A stretch of DNA of 64,000 nucleotides from an uncultured virus (IMG/VR IMGVR_UViG_3300008113_011796) (lineage: Duplodnaviria; Heunggongvirae; Uroviricota; Caudoviricetes). The stretch lies in IMG/VR virus record IMGVR_UViG_3300008113_011796. One strand, given 5' to 3'. Shown piece after piece: positions 36,822 through 44,563 of this stretch; the first letter of the stretch is position 1; every line of letters starts with the position of its first letter. The translations under genes and the position numbers were made by a program. The notes beneath the pieces were generated by a model that did not search any database, was not told where the DNA came from, and saw only the letters and a program-made list of their open reading frames with translations.

Positions 36822-37691
36822 ATGGGAAAGATGAGAAAGCTTAAGAGTTACGGCGAGTTCGCCGTCAACGAGAACCTGCTCGTGAAGGACGACTTCCTGA
36901 AGGCGGAGCTGAGGAAACTCGCGGACACAGAGGAGAACTCGCAGAGGGTCTCAGACCTGGCGGACGAGCTGATGGACGATCCGGATAAGGCGATGGACTT
37001 ACTCAAGAAGGCGGGCTATGCCGAGACGATCGAGAAGCAGGTCGGGTTCCTGATGAAGTTACAGTCCGCGCTCGAGGACGGCGACAGGGAAGAGCTCGTG
37101 AAGGCCATTGTCGACGCCGACATAACCAGGCAGGTCGCGCTGTCCAAGTCGGGGATGCTCAGCAAGGAGCTCGAGAGTGCGGGCGGTCAGCTGACGTTCG
37201 GAATACTCCGCGCGATATTCAAGGACGCGAAGGAGGCGAAGATAGGCCAGGAGTCCAGGCGAGCGCTTTGGCAGATACTTCCGAGGGCGATACCTATGGC
37301 TCTGGCGCCTTTCTTCCCGGTTCTCGCGATAGTGGGCCTCGTCTTCGGAAGCTCGCGCGCGCTCAACAAGATAATGAAGCCGCTCTTCAAGAACATAGAC
37401 TCCGAGAGCAAGTACGTCGACTTCCTGCAGAAGATGGTCAGCCTTTACATGAAGATACCGGAGGGCGACTTCGACATAAAGGACAGGTTCTCGCGCGCCT
37501 TCGTCGTCAGGGACGGCATAATCGACGCGATAAAGCCAGAGGTGATAGAGGACTTCTACAGGTTCATCACCAAGAAGATGGAGGCGGAGCCTGACGGCGA
37601 CAAGGTCCCTGACCACTACATAGAGAACGAGCTGAAGACTTACCTGAACGACAGGTTCGACATCGACCCCGAGCTCGGGCTCAAGCAGTAG
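36822..37691 (+). CDS. Hypothetical protein with N-terminal tag (MRKLKSYGEF..NE) and hydrophobic segment
   Basis: TATATATA box at 36808-36815, 'LPRAIPMALAPFFPVLAIVGLVFG'. Confidence 0.8.
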   Translation: MGKMRKLKSYGEFAVNENLLVKDDFLKAELRKLADTEENSQRVSDLADELMDDPDKAMDLLKKAGYAETIEKQVGFLMKLQSALEDGDREELVKAIVDADITRQVALSKSGMLSKELESAGGQLTFGILRAIFKDAKEAKIGQESRRALWQILPRAIPMALAPFFPVLAIVGLVFGSSRALNKIMKPLFKNIDSESKYVDFLQKMVSLYMKIPEGDFDIKDRFSRAFVVRDGIIDAIKPEVIEDFYRFITKKMEAEPDGDKVPDHYIENELKTYLNDRFDIDPELGLKQ

Positions 37692-37712
37692 AATTTTCCT
37701 TATATTTGTTCG

Positions 37713-38138
37713 ATGGACAAGCGCATCTACATATTCACCGACATAGACGGGGTTCTCAACACCGTGACCAGGAACGACTGGGCTCCGGCGTCGTGCGATC
37801 TCTACGACGACCTGTGCAGCGAGTTCGGCCTGCTACCGGTGATAACCTCGACCTGGAGGATAAGGCACACGCAGAAGGAGCTGCAGAGGGTGTTCGACTA
37901 CCAGGGTATAACCGCTGAGATATTCGGCGTCACGCCGGTACTCAACGAAGGAAGGGGACTTGAGATACTTGAGTTCCTCAGGGACAACCCCTGCGATGGC
38001 TATGTGATACTGGACGACAACACGAGGGACATCGAGTCGGTCGGTCTGGACAACGTGGTGAAGTGCCGTAGCTGGCTCGGCTTCACGAACGAGGAGTACG
38101 AAATCTGCCGTGGCATACTGAAGAATTTGATAGAATAA
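37713..38138 (+). CDS. HAD phosphatase (HAD_SAK, RNA-repair-associated type)
   Basis: 'FTDIDGVLN', 'VITSTWR', 'RGLEI..FL', 'YVILDD'. TATATTTG at 37701-37708. Confidence 0.85.
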   Translation: MDKRIYIFTDIDGVLNTVTRNDWAPASCDLYDDLCSEFGLLPVITSTWRIRHTQKELQRVFDYQGITAEIFGVTPVLNEGRGLEILEFLRDNPCDGYVILDDNTRDIESVGLDNVVKCRSWLGFTNEEYEICRGILKNLIE

Positions 38139-38140
38139 AA

Positions 38141-38164
38141 AAAAGACACCGATTGGTGTCTTTT
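38141..38164. terminator. Bidirectional terminator
   Basis: AAAAGACACC-GATT-GGTGTCTTTT between convergent genes. Confidence 0.85.
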
Positions 38165-38165
38165 C

Positions 38166-40013
38166 TTATTTGAGCAGTTCCTCTTTCCTGGCCTCAGGGC
38201 TTTTGCCGAACCAGTTGGTCAGCGACGTGGCCGAGGCCTCGTCCCTTGTTATCAGCGTCAGCCTTGGGGAGGTTATGATGTCCCTGTACTCGTCGTCCAC
38301 GAGGGCACCGAGACCTTTCTTGTAGGCGATCTCCCAGTTCTTCATGTTCGCTGTCTTTTCCCACTCGTTGTACTCGGTCTGCGTGTAGAAGAGCTTCTTC
38401 TTCTCTCCCTTGGTCTTAGGCGTCGCCGCCACGATTGGCGTCTCTACCTTGTAGACCATCCTGCGGTCGAACATGTCCGGCCAGTACTTGTGGAAGAAGT
38501 TTATCAGCAGTCCAGAGATTGAGTTTCCGTCGACGTCCGCGTCGGTGTAGATGAGTATCCTTCCGTACCTCAGCGTCTTCAGGTCTATCGGCTGGCCCAG
38601 CTTCAGGCCTATCGCGGCCATAAGGTTCACAGCCTCGTTGTTCTGAACGAGCTTCTGGTTGGTGAGCTCGGACACGTTGATGAACTTCCCGCGCAGTGCG
38701 AACGCTCCCATCAGCTCCGGCGTCCTGTACTTCCTGTATGCGGAGCTCGCGGAGTCACCCTCGAATATCCCGAGCGAGCACTTCCACCTGTCCTTGCCCT
38801 TCGCGTCTATGAGCTTGTCCACCTTCAGCTTGCTGAGCTTCTTGTTGAGTTCCCTCTGCAGCTTGCTGTCGTCAGCGTTCTTCTTCTGCTGAATCCAGTC
38901 GAGCACGGAGTTGACTATCTCGGACTTCAGTATCGCCTGGATGGTCTTCTTGTCCACCTCGTATGTGGTCCCGAACTCCTTCGCCTCCGTGATGAGCTTC
39001 TCCTTCGTCTGCGAAGAGAACGAAGGATTTATGACCGTCGAGTTCAGGAAAACCGTCATGTGTCCCTTCAGCTCGCTCGGTTTGATGTCGACCTTGTGCT
39101 TCTTCAGGAAGAACTCTCGCATCTGGCTTATTATCTGGTTCAGTATGTAGTCCACGTGTGTTCCGCCGTCGTAGGTCTCGGTGGAGTTCACGAAGCTTAT
39201 CTGCTGGAACCCGTTGTCGGACGGCGCGACCGCGAGCGACCAGGTCTCGTCCTTCCTGGTCTCGTAGAAGTAGTCCTCAGTGTAGAGCTTGACGTAGTCC
39301 TCGAATGACTTGAAGTTGATAAGCGTCTCGTTGAAGAAGATCCTCACGTTGGTGTTGCACGCCGCCAGGTCGTAGACCCTCTTCTCCAGCATCAGCATGT
39401 GGTCGTCGTCTATCCCCGTGAGGCCGAACCTCGCGAAGTCGGTCATGAACGTTATCTTTGTGTGGTTCTGCTTCGACTTCTTTATCACCGGCTCGGTCCT
39501 CTCACGCATGTTGTTGGTGAAAGTCTGCACGAAGTGGCTCTTGCCGTCGCACGTCGATATCTCGAAGCTGGTCGAGTAGATGTTCGTCAGCGAGGATCCC
39601 ACTCCGTTGGTTCCTGCCCAGGACCGGGCCTCTGTGTCGTCGAAGTTCGATCCAGCCTTGAGGTTCGAGAATATCATCTCGGGTATCCACTCCTTGTGCT
39701 CCTGGTGCATCACGACCGGTATTCCCCCGTTGTCCCAGACTGAGACGAGTCCTGTTGCCTGGTCGACTGAAACCTTTATGGTGTTCAGCCTGGTTCCCTC
39801 GCGCTTGCTCTCGTCGACCGAGTTGGTCACGATCTCGTCGAACAGCTTCAGGAAGCCAGGGTTGTATGTGAGTTCCTTCTGAGTCATCTTGCCCTCGTCG
39901 AGTATCCACTTGTTCGCGGTGTGTGGCTTTATTGAGCCGACGTACATCCCTGGCCTGGCCAGTACGTGGTCGATGTCATCTAATTTCTTGTATTTGTCCT
40001 CAATCTTCTTCAA
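38166..40013 (-). CDS. Type II DNA topoisomerase ATPase/TOPRIM subunit (T4 gp39+60/GyrB-like)
   Basis: 'HVLARPGMYVGS', 'EIVTNSVDE', 'DNGGIP', 'GTNGVG', 'EGDSA', 'LRGK', 'TDADVDG', 'YKKGLG'. Confidence 0.97.
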   Translation of the reverse strand: MKKIEDKYKKLDDIDHVLARPGMYVGSIKPHTANKWILDEGKMTQKELTYNPGFLKLFDEIVTNSVDESKREGTRLNTIKVSVDQATGLVSVWDNGGIPVVMHQEHKEWIPEMIFSNLKAGSNFDDTEARSWAGTNGVGSSLTNIYSTSFEISTCDGKSHFVQTFTNNMRERTEPVIKKSKQNHTKITFMTDFARFGLTGIDDDHMLMLEKRVYDLAACNTNVRIFFNETLINFKSFEDYVKLYTEDYFYETRKDETWSLAVAPSDNGFQQISFVNSTETYDGGTHVDYILNQIISQMREFFLKKHKVDIKPSELKGHMTVFLNSTVINPSFSSQTKEKLITEAKEFGTTYEVDKKTIQAILKSEIVNSVLDWIQQKKNADDSKLQRELNKKLSKLKVDKLIDAKGKDRWKCSLGIFEGDSASSAYRKYRTPELMGAFALRGKFINVSELTNQKLVQNNEAVNLMAAIGLKLGQPIDLKTLRYGRILIYTDADVDGNSISGLLINFFHKYWPDMFDRRMVYKVETPIVAATPKTKGEKKKLFYTQTEYNEWEKTANMKNWEIAYKKGLGALVDDEYRDIITSPRLTLITRDEASATSLTNWFGKSPEARKEELLK

Positions 40014-40022
40014 AACTGAAAT

Positions 40023-40592
40023 TTATTTCTTTATTCCCCAGAAATACAGATCGCAGTGGTTTTCCTCTACCTCGAACTCGAAAGACTCGAAAATATCTTC
40101 CGGTATCATACACTCACGAATGTCTGCCTCGGTAAGGTTCTTGTAGTAGTCGTTGTCCCAGTTCTCGCGGACAACGTTCGGCATCGTCTTCCAATCTGCG
40201 TAGTTTTTCCTAGACTCCTCCTCGAGATACGCCGTGCCGTGCACCGGCCTACCCGTCGTGGCACATGTGAAAAGGAACATACCACCCGGCTTCAACATAC
40301 GGACTGAGTTCTCTATCGTCTCTTTGTAGTAAGGGTTGTGCTCGAAGCACTCGCAGGAAACTATGAGATCGAATGACTCGTCTGGTGCGTCGTACTCCTG
40401 TGCGGGGCAGACGACGTCGACGCCTGGTCCAGGACCAAGGTCCAGTCCGGTGTAATTGCAGTGCTCGAAGAAGTCAGATTCGGTTCCATTCACCTCGAAT
40501 GCACCTATACTCAAAACTTTTCTGTCTGTAAAGAATTCCGGAAAACGGTCCTTTATTCTCGCCACATATTCTTGTTGTTCTCTGTGTGCCAT
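40023..40592 (-). CDS. Class I SAM-dependent methyltransferase
   Basis: 'VLSIG', 'YTGLDLGPGPGVD', 'FDLIVSCECFEHNP', 'LKPGG'. Confidence 0.87.
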   Translation of the reverse strand: MAHREQQEYVARIKDRFPEFFTDRKVLSIGAFEVNGTESDFFEHCNYTGLDLGPGPGVDVVCPAQEYDAPDESFDLIVSCECFEHNPYYKETIENSVRMLKPGGMFLFTCATTGRPVHGTAYLEEESRKNYADWKTMPNVVRENWDNDYYKNLTEADIRECMIPEDIFESFEFEVEENHCDLYFWGIKK

Positions 40593-40655
40593 ATATCTTG
40601 TGTTGAGTAGTCTACATGATTGTGATTACTCATTTTTTTTGTTTATTGCTTTATA

Positions 40656-41435
40656 CTACTTGGTCGCCAATAAGTTTTTGTATCGGGTGGTGTGGTCTGC
40701 CCTTTCCAATCTAAGCCTTGCGTATTCCTCTGTCTCCTCCATCCATGGTAGTCTCAGGTACTGCGTTGACATCCAGACGGACTCGTCGACCTTTTCCTCT
40801 ACGTAGTAGTAGGATGCGATGGATATACGTGGGCTGTTGCCCCTGTAGGGATAAGGATGTCCGTGGTAGTTCTCTCTGGTGTCGAAAAGAACCCATCTGT
40901 TGAACTTAGGCTCTACAGATTCAACCATAACCGTTCCGTCCTTGTCCCAGAACTCGAGCTCACCGCCGTCTCCTGTCTTCCATTCGGAGTTTATGTATCC
41001 TATTAAGTTCATACAGCGAACCATCTGTCTGTCACTCGCGTAGGACGTCGGTAGAATGTTGAAGTCCTTGTGAACCGAAAGATAGCCGCCCTCTTTTGTC
41101 TTGTGTAGGCCACCTCCCCATCTCTTACCGTCGGTCATGAGCCTGCCGGCGCCCGATATAGAACTGACCTTCTCGACGAACTCGTCGGAGTGTATGGTGT
41201 CGAACAGGAGCCTTAGCTTCTCAGGTATTCTCTCGGAATTGTTGAGCGCGTACTTCTCGTACTCGAACATCGGATTAGAGTACCTGACGAAGTCCCCGTC
41301 ATCTATTGTAGCGAACTCTTTCTCGCACTCGCGTACGAAATCCTCGTCGAATAGGCCGTCCATCACGACGTACCTTATACCGTTCGAATCCTCCTCAACT
41401 CGAGAGGACTCAAGAATCTGTGTGTTGTAAATCAT
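40656..41435 (-). CDS. 2OG-Fe(II) oxygenase
   Basis: 'GGGLH...LSVHKDFN' (HxD), 'GGELEFW', 'PKFNR.V.F', 'YHG', 'RISIASYYY'. Confidence 0.9.
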   Translation of the reverse strand: MIYNTQILESSRVEEDSNGIRYVVMDGLFDEDFVRECEKEFATIDDGDFVRYSNPMFEYEKYALNNSERIPEKLRLLFDTIHSDEFVEKVSSISGAGRLMTDGKRWGGGLHKTKEGGYLSVHKDFNILPTSYASDRQMVRCMNLIGYINSEWKTGDGGELEFWDKDGTVMVESVEPKFNRWVLFDTRENYHGHPYPYRGNSPRISIASYYYVEEKVDESVWMSTQYLRLPWMEETEEYARLRLERADHTTRYKNLLATK

Positions 41436-42193
41436 CTTTTCTCAGTCAAATATTTTTCTACCCTCTGGTATCTTTCGTAATTCGGAAGGCCCCAGACGTC
41501 CATATCACTGTTCCATCCTCGGGTGTACCACATATGAACCGCGATGTCGCCGGATTCTGCGTCTATTCTCGGGTTGGTCGACTTGAACCTCTCGTCGAAG
41601 TGCGGGTATAGGTAAAAAAACTTCCTTCCCTGCTCCTTCAGCGTCCAGAGTAGTGCGTAGTAGGGTTCTTGCTCGAACACGCGGTTGTCGCTTGCGAACT
41701 TCTCGTGCGGGTATTCAAAGCCTTCCGAATATGAATCCTTGTACTTTATGCCGAAGTCGTTCTTCCATCCGTCATTCTCGAGGCGGAAGTTCATTCGCTT
41801 GTAGTCGAAGTTGGCGTCGGCGAAGTGTTGTCTGTTTCCGACCATGAAAAAAGAGTTTATTGCTACACCGTTCGCCGCCCTGTAATGACCGTACCCGTCC
41901 GACGTCGCAGCGAGTGTGTAGTCTTCCTCTTCCATCATTGAGATAAGTCTTACTATCTCGTCCTTGCTCTCTATGAAGCAGTCCTCGTCGAGGTGTACGA
42001 ACCATTTCTGTGTGTACTCGCTTGAAGATATCGTCTCGAGCCAGAAGAACCAAGAGTAGGGCCAGCTGTGCGTGCCGTTGAAGAAGATCTGCCTGCTGTC
42101 CGGGAAGTGTCTCTTGACTATCTCGCTTTGGTATTTGAGCCATTTGCTGCTCAAAGTCGTGGTGACGAATATGATGTCCTCGTCTCTAACCAT
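41432..42193 (-). CDS. Putative GT-A-fold glycosyltransferase
   Basis: 'WFVHLDEDCFI' DxD motif, late 'HMWYTR'. Confidence 0.65.
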   Translation of the reverse strand: MVRDEDIIFVTTTLSSKWLKYQSEIVKRHFPDSRQIFFNGTHSWPYSWFFWLETISSSEYTQKWFVHLDEDCFIESKDEIVRLISMMEEEDYTLAATSDGYGHYRAANGVAINSFFMVGNRQHFADANFDYKRMNFRLENDGWKNDFGIKYKDSYSEGFEYPHEKFASDNRVFEQEPYYALLWTLKEQGRKFFYLYPHFDERFKSTNPRIDAESGDIAVHMWYTRGWNSDMDVWGLPNYERYQRVEKYLTEKR

Positions 42194-42271
42194 ACGTTAT
42201 TTTTTTTCTTATATATGATTTGTAGTGTCCTTGGTTTGTTTTATTACAGGTGATTGCGTATATTCGCCTTT

Positions 42272-42601
42272 ATGAGGGGAATTGCCTGGCGCCGGCATAT
42301 GGAGGAAGTCTTGATCAAAAGGAGGATAACCCGTGTCGAGCACCCGGGCGTCTACCACTACAGGTTCGCAGACGCCAACGGTATTCCCAGGCAGCACCCC
42401 TCGTGGCAGGACTTCGTCGGTACTCGCGTCGCCAGGCAGCTGATGTCCATCGGAACCGGATGGAGGAAGTACCAGTACGAGAAGTACAAGTACTCGGCCA
42501 ACCGTGGCGGGAAGTGGTACGAGAACGGAAGGCCTGGAAAGTCCAGGCTCGCCGACAAAAAGGAATTCCGCGATATAATGAGGGAGCACTATGACAGTTG
42601 A
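42272..42601 (+). CDS. Basic hypothetical protein
   Basis: ATG 42272, 5 nt after TATATTCG. Confidence 0.7.
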   Translation: MRGIAWRRHMEEVLIKRRITRVEHPGVYHYRFADANGIPRQHPSWQDFVGTRVARQLMSIGTGWRKYQYEKYKYSANRGGKWYENGRPGKSRLADKKEFRDIMREHYDS

Positions 42602-43127
42602 AAATCTTATACCGGGCAACGGCGCTGACTACGAGGTCAGGGAAAACGGCATGCTATACTTCCGATACCTCGGCATATGGCTGCCCGTGGCGTACTTCAA
42701 CCTCGACGGACAGGCCTACATATTCCTCGACATGAAAATCTCGAGGCAGGTGGTGAAGGTCATAAGGCAGGCTCAGAAGATTGGTGTCAGGTTCTTCATG
42801 GCCTACCCCGACGACGCGGATCCATCGGGCGTTACTGGCTGGAAGGAGAAGACGATAAAGCATTACCTGACAACGCACATAAATCCGGTCTGGCGAAAGG
42901 CGGTCGCTAAGATAGACTTCGACCTCATAAAGAATATGTGCGACTGGCTGCTGGAGAACGAATGCCTCGATCAGGCCAAGGAGGTCTACGACGGGATGAC
43001 TAAGGGGGTTTTTTACCACTACATTGACTACTTCAGTGGCAGCCGTGAGGTATGGACATATCCCGAGGACGTTAGGGCCGAGTGGCCTACGCTGTGGAGG
43101 GAGATACAGATAAACACGATATTATGA
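42591..43127 (+). CDS. Hypothetical protein with C-terminal tag (REIQINTIL)
   Basis: 178-aa coupled ORF. Confidence 0.8.
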   Translation: MTVENLIPGNGADYEVRENGMLYFRYLGIWLPVAYFNLDGQAYIFLDMKISRQVVKVIRQAQKIGVRFFMAYPDDADPSGVTGWKEKTIKHYLTTHINPVWRKAVAKIDFDLIKNMCDWLLENECLDQAKEVYDGMTKGVFYHYIDYFSGSREVWTYPEDVRAEWPTLWREIQINTIL

Positions 43128-43762
43128 CACTGAACAACAACCTAACGGATCCTAAGGCTTTAGAAGTTAAGTCCTGGCTTCGCGACTTCAAGTGCGCCCA
43201 GGCGCTTGGCGACGGGCCGGAGATACTGCCTACCCTTGTCGACAGGAAGAAAAGGCGCATGAAGACTTCGATATTCAAGAGGAAGAAGAGGAAGTACCTT
43301 CACCAGTTGAATGACCTGGAGGCTGTACTTACGGGATCGAGCGCGCTGTCTCTTTACACTATCAATGGAAAGTCCGTTTTCGACAGAGGCGGGGCGGACC
43401 AGGACTGGTTGCTGACGCGGGACAACTTCATGAAGTTCTGCGGAATGAACAACTTCAACAAGGTGACGGTTGAGAACACAGTGTGCACGGTCGATTTCCA
43501 CACTGGTTATTACGGCGGGTATGACTCTTACGGGCACAGGAAAATGGACTACTTCCACACCTGGTTCGACATAATAGGTACGGACGACCACACATACGCA
43601 CACGACTTCGACGGGATCAAGGTGGCTGACTATATGGAGGTGATTGATTGGAAGATGAGGTTCGTCGAGAACAACTACGGATTAAGACATTACCAGGACG
43701 CGGTTAGTAAGCACACGAACGACCTGTTCGAGTTCATGACAAAGGTTATGGCCTTTAGTTAG
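43124..43762 (+). CDS. Pol-beta-superfamily nucleotidyltransferase-like protein
   Basis: 'VLTGSSAL...DQDWLL' (hGS...DxD) and a later 'FDII'. ATGA-coupled start at 43124. Confidence 0.6.
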   Translation: MTLNNNLTDPKALEVKSWLRDFKCAQALGDGPEILPTLVDRKKRRMKTSIFKRKKRKYLHQLNDLEAVLTGSSALSLYTINGKSVFDRGGADQDWLLTRDNFMKFCGMNNFNKVTVENTVCTVDFHTGYYGGYDSYGHRKMDYFHTWFDIIGTDDHTYAHDFDGIKVADYMEVIDWKMRFVENNYGLRHYQDAVSKHTNDLFEFMTKVMAFS

Positions 43763-43769
43763 CGTTCTC

Positions 43770-44489
43770 TTAGTCTGCCATAAATCCGGTGTTCACACTG
43801 AGCGATTTCAGGTGTTCCGCGATTGCCTCCATAGACAGGCCGTGCTCAGAGGAAAGACCCTGTCCTGCGATTATCCTCTCCTCGAACTCCTGGTAGAACT
43901 CGCCGGACTTGTCCGTGAACATCTTTTGCAGTGTGTTCTTGATAGATCCGTAGGCAGCCCTTCCCTGTAGCTCGCAGCTTCCGTAGACGTACTGGTCCAT
44001 GTTGGCCAGCTTTATCCTACCCAGCTCGTATGTGCCAGGCTCGAGCTTTAGCTCAATCGTAAGCCACATCGCGCCTATGCCGGAAAGGGAAAAATCCGAT
44101 CCCTCTGGCATAACTTCCCTGCAGATTTTCTCGGCATCCTCGTCCACAGGTGTTATGACCAAGTTGAAGGGTATTTCATTGGCGCTGCCGTCCTCGATGT
44201 TTTCCTCGAATAGTTCGTACTCCGGGTATGGCACCGCGTAGAACCGGCCGACTCCCTCCTTCTTGGAACCTGTGTTGGAAGATCCTTCCGTGTCGACGAT
44301 CCTTATTGATACAGGCGACATAACTCCTGAGAGCTCTTGTCTTACCCTTTTCAGCTCCATTCGATCTGCGTGGTCAATCAGGTCGTCTGCCCTCTGCTTA
44401 TTCTTTTGAGGGGAAATTTTCCTGAGCTTCCTGGACGCGTTGAGGTAGGTGCTCCATTTCAGTTCTTCGAAGTGCTTTAAGTATCTCAT
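43770..44489 (-). CDS. Hypothetical protein, paralogue of 58943/60276 family; N-terminal tag
   Basis: MRYLKHFEELKWSTYLNASRKL...RADDL, C-terminal 'GLSSEHGLSMEAI'. Confidence 0.8.
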   Translation of the reverse strand: MRYLKHFEELKWSTYLNASRKLRKISPQKNKQRADDLIDHADRMELKRVRQELSGVMSPVSIRIVDTEGSSNTGSKKEGVGRFYAVPYPEYELFEENIEDGSANEIPFNLVITPVDEDAEKICREVMPEGSDFSLSGIGAMWLTIELKLEPGTYELGRIKLANMDQYVYGSCELQGRAAYGSIKNTLQKMFTDKSGEFYQEFEERIIAGQGLSSEHGLSMEAIAEHLKSLSVNTGFMAD

Positions 44490-44563
44490 ATCGTTCTTTT
44501 TTTATTCTTAGTATATATTCATTTTTTAATGCAACATCATGATATACAATCACATAGATTGCG

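Noticed and set aside
40554..40633. Short minus-strand uORF MSNHNHVDYSTQDIWHTENNKNMWRE overlapping the methyltransferase start
   Set aside because: Only 26 codons with no independent support. It may be chance or a gene remnant.
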